A DNA stretch of 63,474 nt from Nanobdellota archaeon (lineage in GTDB: Archaea; Nanobdellota; Nanobdellia; Pacearchaeales; GW2011-AR1): the NCBI GenBank assembly GCA_038046005.1, contig JBBSXB010000006.1, positions 1 to 63,474 of the forward strand, in the 5' to 3' direction. This document shows, in pieces, positions 1-10,220 of the stretch; within the stretch, counting starts at the first letter, position 1, and every line of letters begins with the position of its first letter. The notes beneath the pieces were generated by a model, which was not told the DNA's origin, made no database searches, and was given only the letters and a program-made list of their open reading frames with translations. A program made the translations under genes and the position numbers.

Positions 1-112
1 TCAGGCCTTGATCGGAGCAGCCCTAAACATTTGTCAAGGTGCTTAGCAGGTCGCAGAACCGAGGAAGAATAAAGGTAGCTTTTTGGTTTTTTGGAAGCAA
101 CCCTCTGAGTCT
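1..112 (+). ncRNA. ffs: 3' portion of archaeal SRP (7S) RNA, truncated at window start
   Basis: TCAGGCC-TTGATC-GGAGCAGC matches the helix-8 SRP54-binding motif (CAGG...AGCAG); region is GC-richer than its surroundings; 3' end CAACC...AGTCT resembles archaeal helix-1 3' strands; end approximate. Confidence 0.6.
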
Positions 113-148
113 ACAAATATTTTTATAGTGATTTGATCTTTATTATTT

Positions 149-3100
149 ATGAAGAAAAGAGGTTTGAAGTTTAATAAAACGTTAATTCTTGTATTGTCTT
201 TAATTTTGGTTTTTGAGATTATTGCATTGAGTTCCAATTATAATTTTAAAAATACTGGTAACGCTGTAAAAAAGATTTTAGGCACAGATGCCTCTAATGT
301 AAAAACGCCGACTGCAACTTCAGCACAAACACAGCCAAAACTTAATGGTTATGTAATCCAATTAAAAGACGATCCTGTGTCACAATACTCAGCAAAACAA
401 TCTTCAAATTTTAATGCAAAGGCTTTAAGTGCAAAGAATTACAAACAAAGTCTTATTGAAAAACAAAAAATTGTTGAAGATGAAATAAAACAAATTTCTT
501 CTAAGATTAAAATAAATTCAAGATATCAAAGTGTTTTTAACGGATTTGTGGTTGCAGATATTTCAGAAAAAGATATCGCAAAGATAAAATCTTTGCCTAA
601 TGTGAAAGAAGTTTATTTTGATAAAGAAGTACAAACGTTTCTTTATGATTCTGTTCCCCAGATACAAGCTGATAAAGTCTGGAACATTCAGGTTAATGGG
701 ACAAATTTGACTGGGCAGGGAATTAAGATTGGAATCATTGACACTGGTGTTGATTATACTCAACCTGAACTTGGAAGTTGTTTTGGGGCAGGCTGTAAAG
801 TGGCGGGAGGTTATGATTTCTTCAATAAAGATAATGACCCTATGGATGACATGGGACATGGAACACATGTGGCAGCAACGGCTGCAGGAAAAGGAATTTT
901 AAATGGTGTTGCCCCAGACGCTACAATTTATGCTTATAAAGCTTTAAATAAAAATGGTGGTGGGCCTTTATCAAATGTCATAGCAGCGATTGAACATTCT
1001 GTTGATCCAAATCAGGATGGAGATAGTTCTGATCATCTTGATGTAATCAGTATGAGTCTTGGTACTTGGGGGGATCCGTCTGACCCTATGTCAGTTGCAT
1101 CAGACAACGCAGTTCTAGCTGGCGTGAATGTCGTCGTCGCTGTAGGAAATTCTGGAGTACCTGGTGGCTATTTCACTATCGGCAGCCCGGGTAATGCAAA
1201 AGATGTTATTGGTGTTGGTGCAGATTGTAAGAATATGGCAATGAATAGTTCAAAAATTGAAGCCTACCTTATTGCAGATACAATCACATCTGGCTATTAT
1301 TATGAAGGGGTTGCTTTACATTGGATAAAACCTACCAACATATTGTTTGATTATCAGGAAGTTACTAACCCTGAAAATTTTATGTCCGTTGATGACAGCT
1401 ATAGTCTTTTTAATTCATATTTTGTTTCAAAATGTCCTTTAGGAGACGTTGATTGGCTTGGGAATGGCAAATATAAAATGTGTTCCATACAAGATAATTC
1501 TAAAAATAGAATTTTCAGTTCTTGGGCAATAGTTGATCTAACTAACGATTCTTCTTCATTAACAAATATCACAACATTAGACTTAGTAGCCTCAGATTAT
1601 AATGTCGGCTGCACTCCACCATACTGTGAAAATGTAAGTTTAGAACTCGCACTTTTTGGGACTCAAAAATTAAACGGATCAGCTACAAAATGGATATATC
1701 TAGACACATGCATAATTCCTCAGGATAGTAATCACGTTAGTTGTCAAATTTCAACTTTAGCAACCTCGGATTCATATACTGCTTGCAACACTCCAGTTGC
1801 TTCATTTAGTTCAATCGGACCAACTTCAACTGGAAATGCAAAGCCTGATGTGGTCGCACCAGGAGTTAGTATATGTGCTGCAAGATATGACAGTTGGCTG
1901 CCAGAAAAAGTTTGTTTAGATGACAAACATATTTCAATTTCAGGGACTAGCATGGCAACTCCGCATGTTGCTGGAGCAGTCGCTTTGATAAAACAGGCTC
2001 ATCCAAGTTGGACGCCTCAAGAAATAAAAAACACATTAAAAGGAACTGCAACACCATTTGGGCTTTCTCCCCTTATAGAGGGCGCGGGAGAAATAAATAT
2101 TTATTCAGCTGTTAATTCTCCAACCCCTTATCCTACAGCAAGTTTTGAAACGTCGAACTCTCTTTTTTTATCGGGAGTTGTTGCAATAAAAGGAACAGCA
2201 CAAAGTAGTAATTTTGATCATTATGTTTTAGAATATGGTGCAGGTCTTAACCCTCTTAGCTGGACAACTATTACATCTGTTAACGCCCAAAAAGTAAATG
2301 ATGTTTTAGGTTCTATTGACCTTGACCAAATTACTACATCAGTAATATCAATTAGGTTAACAGTTTATGATGCTACTGGAAGATACACTCGAGATTTGTT
2401 AGTTATATTCAAAAGAAATATTAATTGGAAAGAAGGTTGGCCACAAAAAATGACAAATGACGCTCTTTACCAAACATTTTCTCCGGTATACGCAGATCTT
2501 GATAATGATGAGAAAAATGAAATAATCGCTGGAAGTCCTGGAAATCCAGACTCTTCATTATATGTCCGAGATAATAAAGGAGATAATTTGCCTGGTTGGC
2601 CCCAAAAAACTGTAGCTGCTGGTGGAACAACTCCTGCAGTAGGAGATGTTGATGGTGATGGTGTTTTAGATATTGTTTATTCATCAACAAGCCTAATTGG
2701 TTTTGGGAGTGAGTCTTTTCTGTATGCCTTTAAAAAAAATGGGTTGCCCATTAATGGTTGGCCAAAAAATCTTAAATATGAATTCATTTCTGACATTTAC
2801 GGTTATCCTGTATTAGAAGACATAAATCAAGATGGCAAAGATGAGATAATTTATACCCACAATAAAGTTGCACCTATTTCCATATACAAAAGTGATGGGT
2901 CTGAACTGGAGGGGGGCTGGCAATCAGTTACTGCAAGAATACCACCTTCAGTAGGGGACATTGACAATGATGGCAAGCCAGATATTGTTGTTCTTGCACA
3001 AAACCCATATAATCAAAGTCAGTTGCAATTATTTGCTTGGAATGGTGATGGAAGCATTAAACAAGGATTCCCAATGTTCATTATCCAAAATAATGTTGGT

Positions 3101-4447
3101 TTTACCAGAGTAACACTCGCAGACTTAAATAAAGACGGATATCGTGAAATGGTTTTTGTTGAAGAAACTCCTGCATACGCACATATGCACGTTTATAACT
3201 ATCTGGGAAATGAATTAACTGGTTGGCCTATAATAGTCCCGCGTCCTGATGTTGGAGGCTATCCTATTCCTATGCAACTTGACAATGATCTTGAATTGGA
3301 AGTTGCACTGTTCGCAAAAAGAACTTTGAGAAGCTTCTTTTATGATAGTGATGGATCCCCTATAGGAAATTATACATTCAGTCAAACCGTAGAAGTAGGA
3401 AATACCCTAATATCAAAACTCGTTTATGAAACAGAAAATAATACATTCTTATTCGTGAGAAGCCCAGAAAGTAATAAAATAGCTTATAAAAATTTAAGAA
3501 CAAATGAACCAGAACAGTCAATATCTATTTTTGAATACCCTGAGTTAAGTAGTATGCATATCAACATGCCTCTCCAGGGAGATGCCTTACTAGATATAGA
3601 CAATGATGGAAAATTAGATATTTTAACCACGATTTTCAGTTATAACATGCTCCTTAAAGAAGGCTCTAATTTTGGGACTCAAGTTCTTGCAGTAGATACA
3701 GGTATACCTTATTCACAAACAGCAAAAATTACCTCACCAATGATAGGATTTAATGCTAAACACACAGGATGTTATGATTGTGGCAAAACGCAGATTAATT
3801 TTTTGTGCGGTGATGTTGATGGCGATGGTAAGGTAGATATCTCTGATCTTAGTGTAATGGTAGATTATCTTTATATTTCATTTACGCCATTTAAATCGCC
3901 TATTAAAGTAGCGGATGTTGATGGTTCAGGAAGTGTTGATATTTCAGATCTTTCAGCAATGATAGATTATTTGTATGTAAGTTTCACACCATTACATTGT
4001 AATTACCCACAAACCTATTCAAGCTCTTCAACCTCGGTTGTTTCATTCGGATCGGCAACTGGAACAATCATAGAAAAATCAGTTCCAATAAATCTTAATT
4101 CTCCTACCGATCTTTCAGGAGTAAGGTTAAAGATTTCGTATGATCCAAAATTTGTAACTTTAAAGGGAGTTGCTTCAACACCAAGAACAAGTTCACTTAG
4201 TGTGACTTTCAGCAAAGATGTAATTGGAATATACAAAGCAGATGGTTCGGCAGTTATTCCAAAAGGAGAGGGTGCAATAATAAATTTGAAAGTCGGTCCG
4301 GGAACAAACGGCTTTGATACATCGTCGCTTAAATTTACTCTTACAGAAGGAGCAAGCTATCAGAAAACAAAAGTAACAATGCAAGTTCAAGGCACAACAA
4401 CTCCGCCAAAGATAACCACTATTCCTAAAAAAACAAATATTGCCTAA
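149..4447 (+). CDS. Exported S8 subtilisin-like protease: I9 propeptide, catalytic domain with large insertion, FG-GAP/VCBS-like repeats, dockerin, C-terminal cohesin-like domain
   Basis: N-terminal hydrophobic helix; triad motifs IIDTG, HGTHVA, GTSMATP; repeated GWP...DLDxDG; duplicated DVDGxGxVDISDLS; VPINL...ISYDP cohesin-like segment. Confidence 0.9.
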   Translation: MKKRGLKFNKTLILVLSLILVFEIIALSSNYNFKNTGNAVKKILGTDASNVKTPTATSAQTQPKLNGYVIQLKDDPVSQYSAKQSSNFNAKALSAKNYKQSLIEKQKIVEDEIKQISSKIKINSRYQSVFNGFVVADISEKDIAKIKSLPNVKEVYFDKEVQTFLYDSVPQIQADKVWNIQVNGTNLTGQGIKIGIIDTGVDYTQPELGSCFGAGCKVAGGYDFFNKDNDPMDDMGHGTHVAATAAGKGILNGVAPDATIYAYKALNKNGGGPLSNVIAAIEHSVDPNQDGDSSDHLDVISMSLGTWGDPSDPMSVASDNAVLAGVNVVVAVGNSGVPGGYFTIGSPGNAKDVIGVGADCKNMAMNSSKIEAYLIADTITSGYYYEGVALHWIKPTNILFDYQEVTNPENFMSVDDSYSLFNSYFVSKCPLGDVDWLGNGKYKMCSIQDNSKNRIFSSWAIVDLTNDSSSLTNITTLDLVASDYNVGCTPPYCENVSLELALFGTQKLNGSATKWIYLDTCIIPQDSNHVSCQISTLATSDSYTACNTPVASFSSIGPTSTGNAKPDVVAPGVSICAARYDSWLPEKVCLDDKHISISGTSMATPHVAGAVALIKQAHPSWTPQEIKNTLKGTATPFGLSPLIEGAGEINIYSAVNSPTPYPTASFETSNSLFLSGVVAIKGTAQSSNFDHYVLEYGAGLNPLSWTTITSVNAQKVNDVLGSIDLDQITTSVISIRLTVYDATGRYTRDLLVIFKRNINWKEGWPQKMTNDALYQTFSPVYADLDNDEKNEIIAGSPGNPDSSLYVRDNKGDNLPGWPQKTVAAGGTTPAVGDVDGDGVLDIVYSSTSLIGFGSESFLYAFKKNGLPINGWPKNLKYEFISDIYGYPVLEDINQDGKDEIIYTHNKVAPISIYKSDGSELEGGWQSVTARIPPSVGDIDNDGKPDIVVLAQNPYNQSQLQLFAWNGDGSIKQGFPMFIIQNNVGFTRVTLADLNKDGYREMVFVEETPAYAHMHVYNYLGNELTGWPIIVPRPDVGGYPIPMQLDNDLELEVALFAKRTLRSFFYDSDGSPIGNYTFSQTVEVGNTLISKLVYETENNTFLFVRSPESNKIAYKNLRTNEPEQSISIFEYPELSSMHINMPLQGDALLDIDNDGKLDILTTIFSYNMLLKEGSNFGTQVLAVDTGIPYSQTAKITSPMIGFNAKHTGCYDCGKTQINFLCGDVDGDGKVDISDLSVMVDYLYISFTPFKSPIKVADVDGSGSVDISDLSAMIDYLYVSFTPLHCNYPQTYSSSSTSVVSFGSATGTIIEKSVPINLNSPTDLSGVRLKISYDPKFVTLKGVASTPRTSSLSVTFSKDVIGIYKADGSAVIPKGEGAIINLKVGPGTNGFDTSSLKFTLTEGASYQKTKVTMQVQGTTTPPKITTIPKKTNIA

Positions 4448-4486
4448 ATTAATTAGTTTTATATACATAATTTTCCTTTATAATTC

Positions 4487-4972
4487 ATGTTAAAGAGGTT
4501 GAATAAAAGAGGCCAGTTCTATCTTATTGCAGCAATAGTAATTATATCATTGATAATTGGGTTTTTTCTTATTTCAAATTCTTCAAAGAAAAAAGAAAAT
4601 GTAAGAGTTTACGAACTTTCAGAACAGCTGAAAATTGAAGGAAAGAAAGTTGTTGATTATGGAATTATAAATGACAATACAAAAGTGAAAGAATTTACAA
4701 AAAACTTTTCAGATTATGCTGGAGAAGAGATTGATGTAGTTTATATAGTAGGAAATTACAGTCAAGTTGGATTTAGTTATATTTACGATATTGAAATTTT
4801 CAAATACAATCAGGCAGGACAAGAGGAACCTGTTGGAAATTATATAAATGAAACTAAAGTCACAATAAATTTAAACTCTCTGAACTATACTTTTATGTTA
4901 AACAAAGGAGAAAATTTTTATTTTGTCATGACTCAAACTCTAAATGGTGAAAAATATGTTGCAAGAAATTAA
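4487..4972 (+). CDS. Pilin-like protein with class III signal peptide
   Basis: KRG|QFYLIAAIVII followed by hydrophobic stretch; pilus locus context. Confidence 0.75.
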   Translation: MLKRLNKRGQFYLIAAIVIISLIIGFFLISNSSKKKENVRVYELSEQLKIEGKKVVDYGIINDNTKVKEFTKNFSDYAGEEIDVVYIVGNYSQVGFSYIYDIEIFKYNQAGQEEPVGNYINETKVTINLNSLNYTFMLNKGENFYFVMTQTLNGEKYVARN

Positions 4973-5489
4973 AAGAAATAAGTTAGGAGTAAGTGTGATG
5001 ATTGGGTATGTTTTACTGATAGGCATGGCTGTGGTCATGGGAGGAGTTTTATATTACTGGATGAAGTCTTATGTGCCCCAAGATCCATTAGAGTGTCAGG
5101 ATGGGACTTCATTGATTGTGAAAAACTATAGCTGTATAGGAAATCAATTAAATCTCACACTTTACAACAATGGAAGATTTAATTTGGGAGGATATTACAT
5201 CTACACGTCTAATAACTCAAATCAGAGTTTGGCTACGATAAATCTCTATAATAATATTATGCAAAGTTCAAACGGCTTTAAAAATTTTGGGAGCATCATT
5301 TTCAACAAAGACAACAATAATAGTTTTGCTCCCGGCGTTCAGACAACTCACTACTACAATTTAGCCGGAACAGGAAGGATATACTTTGTCGAAATAAGCC
5401 CTGCGAGATATGAAGAGTACAGGGGAAAAACAAGATTTGCGAGCTGCGGCAACCAATACAAGGTAAAAGAGAAAATAGAGTGTTCATAA
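4956..5489 (+). CDS. Archaeal type IV pilin
   Basis: KLG|VSVMIGYVLLI; GGTGA SD precedes ATG 4956 (ORF track start 4944). Confidence 0.85.
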   Translation: MLQEIKRNKLGVSVMIGYVLLIGMAVVMGGVLYYWMKSYVPQDPLECQDGTSLIVKNYSCIGNQLNLTLYNNGRFNLGGYYIYTSNNSNQSLATINLYNNIMQSSNGFKNFGSIIFNKDNNNSFAPGVQTTHYYNLAGTGRIYFVEISPARYEEYRGKTRFASCGNQYKVKEKIECS

Positions 5490-5521
5490 AAATTTAAAAA
5501 GAAAAAAGTCTTAATAAAACA

Positions 5522-6004
5522 ATGTTAGATAAGAGTAAAAAAAGGTTTGGTGTCTCACCCATTATCGCGACTGTTCTGCTTGTTGCAATGACTGTAGTCA
5601 TAGCTTTAATCGTATTTATATGGTTCAGACAGATTGGAAAAGAGACAATAATGAAATTTGGAGAGAATGTTGAGCTTGTTTGTGGAGATGTCAGCTTCAG
5701 AGCAGAATATGTCAACAATCAATTATCAATAGTCAACGAGGGAAACGTCCCAATTTACAGCCTTGTTCTGAAAGTTGGAAAAAATCGGGGATTCCAAACG
5801 TATGATATAAGAAATGAAGATCCTGCTTGGAAAGATACTGGATTACTCCAAGGGGGAAGTTTTGTTTCTCAAGATTTGAGCACACAAGTTTCAGGAGCTG
5901 ACAGTCTTGTGATTGTCCCAGTTTTGCTTGGTGAATCTGATAAAGGAGAAAGAACACATGTTTGCGATGAAAAACAATTTGGTCAAGAGGTTGTTGTTGC
6001 GTAA
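5522..6004 (+). CDS. Archaeal type IV pilin
   Basis: RFG|VSPIIATVLLVAMTVV canonical archaeal pilin N-terminus. Confidence 0.9.
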   Translation: MLDKSKKRFGVSPIIATVLLVAMTVVIALIVFIWFRQIGKETIMKFGENVELVCGDVSFRAEYVNNQLSIVNEGNVPIYSLVLKVGKNRGFQTYDIRNEDPAWKDTGLLQGGSFVSQDLSTQVSGADSLVIVPVLLGESDKGERTHVCDEKQFGQEVVVA

Positions 6005-6005
6005 G

Positions 6006-6509
6006 ATGAACAAGCTCGGACTTTCCACCATTGTAGCAACTTTACTCATTGTCCTTCTCACTGTTGTTTTGACAGGAGTTGTCTGGAGCATTGTGACAAA
6101 AATGACAAAAGATAGTTTGGATCAAAGCCGAAGTTGTTTTAACATATTTGACAAAGTAAAATTAGATGAGACTTATACATGCTACAACGCCAGCACTCAT
6201 GAGTTAGTTATTTCTTTAGAAGTGAAAGATGTAGATGTTGGTGAAGCAACTTTCGGGGTTTCTTCAAGCGGCCAAACAAAAAGTTTTAAAATTTTAAACA
6301 TACCGTCGACAGTGCCATTTGTAAAAAACTATACTGGAGCAAATACTGTTGTGCTTCCTACACAAAACTCTGGAGTGGCTTATATTTATAATTACACTGG
6401 AGCAGGATTTGCGTCTACAAGCTTTCCCGACAGAGTCCAAGTTGCTCCCAAGATAAATGGAAAACAATGTGATACTTCAAGCACAATACAGAATATTGGA
6501 AGTTGCTAA
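6006..6509 (+). CDS. Archaeal type IV pilin
   Basis: MNKLG|LSTIVATLLIVLLTVV; start moved to ATG 6006 just after the upstream stop. Confidence 0.85.
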   Translation: MNKLGLSTIVATLLIVLLTVVLTGVVWSIVTKMTKDSLDQSRSCFNIFDKVKLDETYTCYNASTHELVISLEVKDVDVGEATFGVSSSGQTKSFKILNIPSTVPFVKNYTGANTVVLPTQNSGVAYIYNYTGAGFASTSFPDRVQVAPKINGKQCDTSSTIQNIGSC

Positions 6510-6553
6510 GTTCTCCTTGAAAGATTTAAATAAGTTATTTTCTTAATTGTACG

Positions 6554-7090
6554 ATGGAAAAGAGGAATGGGAGAAAAGCCCAAGTATGGGTTGAAACAGT
6601 TATTTACACGCTTATCGCATTAACAATTATAGGCCTTTTTCTGAGTTTCGCAAAACCAAAAATTGAAGAAATCCAGGACAAGTCAACTATAGAACAAAGT
6701 GTTAGTATGTTGGAATCAATAGACAGCATAATTCTGAATATTGTCCAGGGTGGCCCGGGAAATCAGAGAGTCATTGAAATAGGATTGCAAAAAGGTTCTC
6801 TTGATGTTAGTTCGACAAACGACCAAATTGTTTATGGGCTAACGGGAAGATATGGATATACTGAGCCCGGAATTTATGTAAATATAGGCAAGCTCGTCGC
6901 AATTACTGAAAAGGAAGGCAGCCTGAGCAGAGTAAGATTAATAAGTAACTATTCCAATGTATATAATATAACATATAATGGGGTAAAACAGGAAAAAATA
7001 ATTCCAAAATCTCCTGTCCCATATAGGTTATCAATTTCGAACAAAGGAACAATAGGAAATACAACAAACATTGACTTTTTAATTGTATAA
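6554..7090 (+). CDS. Pilin-like protein with class III signal peptide
   Basis: RKA|QVWVETVIYTLI; preceded by BRE/TATA GAAAGATTTAAATA. Confidence 0.75.
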   Translation: MEKRNGRKAQVWVETVIYTLIALTIIGLFLSFAKPKIEEIQDKSTIEQSVSMLESIDSIILNIVQGGPGNQRVIEIGLQKGSLDVSSTNDQIVYGLTGRYGYTEPGIYVNIGKLVAITEKEGSLSRVRLISNYSNVYNITYNGVKQEKIIPKSPVPYRLSISNKGTIGNTTNIDFLIV

Positions 7091-7107
7091 TAAAATGAGG
7101 AGGATTC

Positions 7108-8673
7108 ATGTCAAAACAACAACAAACACCAGGAATTGAAACATATCCAAGAGTTGAAATTAATTTTAATCCAGAGCTTCCTCTTCTAAAAAAAATAAGC
7201 GACAAAACCAAAATGGATGTGAGGTATTGTCTGGTTGCACCATTTTCTTACGTGCATATTTATTGGGATCCAAAAAAATATGAAACAATTTATGAGGTTG
7301 AGGAGCCAGTATTAGATGACCAAGAATCTTTTTATAAAGAACAGATAATAAATGCTATGAAAAATCTGATAAATTTTGACGAGATAATTGACAAGGAAAG
7401 AGACAAACTTTTAGAATATATTGACAAAAGATTCAAGCTCATAGCAGTGGAGTTGGGAATATCAATGTCTTACGAGACTTACAAAAAAATATATTATTAT
7501 CTTGTGAGAGATTTTATGGGATTTAATGAGGTAGACCCTTTGTTAAGAGATTATTTTGTAGAAGATATAGAATGCAACGGATTTAACAACCATATATACA
7601 TTGTCCATAGAATTTATAGGAATATAAGAACTAATGTTATGTTCACTGACTCTGACAGGCTGACAAGCTTTATAGAAAAGCTGGCGCAGAGATGTGGAAA
7701 GTATGTTTCTTATGCAAACCCTATTCTTGACGGAAGTTTACCTGATGGAAGCAGAGTCAATGCAACGTATACTATAGACATAACCAGCAAAGGCCCAACA
7801 TTCACAATCAGAAAATTCACCAAGACCCCTTGGACTCCAACGAAACTTTTGGATATGGACACTTTAAGTCCTGAAATGCTTGCATATTTGTGGCTTTTAG
7901 TTGAATACAGAATGAATATCTTGATAACTGGTGGAACATCCTCTGGAAAAACAACCTTGCTTAACGCAATTGCGTTTTTTATTCCACATGAAGCGAGAAT
8001 AGTTAGTATAGAAGACACAAGAGAGTTAAACCTGCCTCAGGAGAACTGGCTTCCAAGCGTTGCAAGGGGAGCAACAGGAACTGAAAAATTCAATGAAATA
8101 GATCTTTTTGTTTTATTAAAAAGCTCTTTCAGACAAAATCCTGATTATGTCATAGTTGGAGAAGTAAGAGGTAAAGAAACTTACGTTTTGTTTCAGGGAA
8201 TGGCTTCCGGACATTCTTCCATAAGCACTATCCATGCAGATTCTGTTGACACAGTCATAAAAAGACTTGAGACTCCTCCAATAGAACTTTCCCCAACACT
8301 GCTTAATGTTTTGGATTGTGTGTGTGTCATGACGCACGCAATTGTAAAAAAACAAGAGACAAGAAAGCTAAGAGAGATAGTTGAAATAATAAACGTAACC
8401 CCTGATGGAATTGCTTTGACAAACACACCTTATGTCTGGAATGCAGCGGACGATAAATTTTACTTCAAAAAAACAAGCAAAATCTTTGAAAAAATATCCA
8501 AGAGGTATGGATTAAGAATGGATGATATTGACCTTGAGTTTAGAAGGAGAGTCAGGCTTATGTATGAGTTATACAAAAGAGACATTTCCGGTTTTGAAGA
8601 GGTCAAAGAAGTCATAAGACAGTATTACAAAAAACCCCAAGATGTTCTTTTAAGACTTGGGATTAATTTCTAG
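7108..8673 (+). CDS. Type IV pilus assembly ATPase (PilB/FlaI/VirB11 family)
   Basis: Walker A GGTSSGKTT, SIEDTRE, RQNPDYVIVGEVRG, GH...STIHA. Confidence 0.95.
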   Translation: MSKQQQTPGIETYPRVEINFNPELPLLKKISDKTKMDVRYCLVAPFSYVHIYWDPKKYETIYEVEEPVLDDQESFYKEQIINAMKNLINFDEIIDKERDKLLEYIDKRFKLIAVELGISMSYETYKKIYYYLVRDFMGFNEVDPLLRDYFVEDIECNGFNNHIYIVHRIYRNIRTNVMFTDSDRLTSFIEKLAQRCGKYVSYANPILDGSLPDGSRVNATYTIDITSKGPTFTIRKFTKTPWTPTKLLDMDTLSPEMLAYLWLLVEYRMNILITGGTSSGKTTLLNAIAFFIPHEARIVSIEDTRELNLPQENWLPSVARGATGTEKFNEIDLFVLLKSSFRQNPDYVIVGEVRGKETYVLFQGMASGHSSISTIHADSVDTVIKRLETPPIELSPTLLNVLDCVCVMTHAIVKKQETRKLREIVEIINVTPDGIALTNTPYVWNAADDKFYFKKTSKIFEKISKRYGLRMDDIDLEFRRRVRLMYELYKRDISGFEEVKEVIRQYYKKPQDVLLRLGINF

Positions 8674-8712
8674 CTTGGAAAGATTTAATAAATAAACTTC
8701 ATTCTTTCTTAT

Positions 8713-8877
8713 ATGAAAAAAGAGGATATAGAATTTTTAAATCAGCTAACTGGTTCTTTAGAAAAAGCTCTTTCTAGGCTAGAATACGCATATAAAAATC
8801 ATAATTATGAAGAGTTTAACAAATTGAAAAAGTTCATTCTTGAAGTGCAAAACAAAATAGAGAGTGTTTTAGAATGA
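8713..8877 (+). CDS. Small helical protein (54 aa), absent from ORF track
   Basis: MKKEDIEFLNQ...IESVLE*; TATA-like element ~8678-8692 upstream; ATGA overlap with next gene. Confidence 0.65.
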   Translation: MKKEDIEFLNQLTGSLEKALSRLEYAYKNHNYEEFNKLKKFILEVQNKIESVLE

Positions 8878-10220
8878 AAAGTCAGGACGAGTCCCTGAAT
8901 GAGTTAAAAGCTTTGGTAAAAAGAGAGACAAAGATAATAAAAGAAATAACTTACCTTAATTCTGATATTAGTGGTGCTGAACAAGAAGAAAAAAACCTCG
9001 TTAGTTCCCAGTTGATCACGCTAAGAAGAGCTCTAAGAAAGACTATAGAAGAAATTTCAAACTCTCTTGAGGATATGACTATAATCAAAACACTTCCAAG
9101 AGTCTCTAATGAGGTTTCACAAGAAAGCGAGAAAGTTCCCATAACAAAAGCTTCGACAAGAAAACCAAGCCTTCCAGAATATTCCGAGATAGCAAAAAAG
9201 GTAAAAAAAACTAAGCACGAAATCGTTGATGTTGACCTCAGCGAAATGGAAAGAAAAACTATAAAGAGACTTAAAAAAACGAGGTCCGAGATACTTAAGA
9301 CAAAAATTAAAAAACCAAGCAAATATATTGCCTTTGCAAATAAGATCTTTTGGAAACAGTCTTCAAAATTGAGTAAAAAACCTGTGTTCATGAATCTTAA
9401 GAGAGATCTTATAAAAGCTAATATGGACTTTGTTCCTACAAGTTACATATCAGTTATGTTGCTGACAACTTCTATTGCAGCAGTCATTGGATTTTTTATC
9501 TTCATGTTTTTTGTTTTTTTTAATATTGGGATAAATTTTCCAATAATTACCATGGCAAAAGAAAGTTTTTTTGCAAGGTTTTTAAAAATTTTCTGGATAA
9601 TTATTGTATCCCCACTATTAACATTTATTTCAATTTATGTTTATCCATCAGCCGAAAAAAGCTATATACAAAACAAGATAAATCAAGAGATACCATTTGC
9701 AACTATCCACATGTCTGCAATTTCTCAATCAATGTTAGAACCAAGCAAGATATTCAGCATCATTATCTCAACAGGAGAGTATCCTTTTTTAAAGAAAGAA
9801 TTTACAAAAATAATAAATCAGGTAAACGTTTACGGCTATGACTTAGTTACAGCTTTGAGAAATGTTGCATTTTACAGCCCAAGCCAGAAGTTATCTGATT
9901 TGCTCAATGGATTAGCGACAACAATAAATTCTGGAGGAGTGCTGCCAGAATTTTTTGACAAAAGAGCCCAAAGTCTCTTGTTTGAATATAGGATTGACAG
10001 GGAGAAAAGCACAAAATCTGCCGAAACTTTCATGGACATTTACATAAGCCTTGTCATTGCAGCGCCGATGATATTGATGCTTCTTTTGATAATGATGAGA
10101 ATAAGCGGCCTTGGAGTGCCTATAAGCACATCTATGATCACGCTCATAATGATCTTGGGAGTTTCAACCATAAATGCATTATTTTTGATATTTTTACAAT
10201 TAAAACAATCTCCAACATAA
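8874..10220 (+). CDS. TadC/PilC-like (T2SS F family) pilus platform protein
   Basis: Multi-TM; EIPFATIHMSAI, YGYDLVTAL, INSGG motifs; follows ATPase. Confidence 0.9.
   Translation: MKSQDESLNELKALVKRETKIIKEITYLNSDISGAEQEEKNLVSSQLITLRRALRKTIEEISNSLEDMTIIKTLPRVSNEVSQESEKVPITKASTRKPSLPEYSEIAKKVKKTKHEIVDVDLSEMERKTIKRLKKTRSEILKTKIKKPSKYIAFANKIFWKQSSKLSKKPVFMNLKRDLIKANMDFVPTSYISVMLLTTSIAAVIGFFIFMFFVFFNIGINFPIITMAKESFFARFLKIFWIIIVSPLLTFISIYVYPSAEKSYIQNKINQEIPFATIHMSAISQSMLEPSKIFSIIISTGEYPFLKKEFTKIINQVNVYGYDLVTALRNVAFYSPSQKLSDLLNGLATTINSGGVLPEFFDKRAQSLLFEYRIDREKSTKSAETFMDIYISLVIAAPMILMLLLIMMRISGLGVPISTSMITLIMILGVSTINALFLIFLQLKQSPT

Noticed and set aside
3808-4400. Cellulosome interpretation of dockerin/cohesin
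   Set aside because: No glycoside hydrolase or multi-cohesin scaffoldin in the window; the modules are attached to a protease
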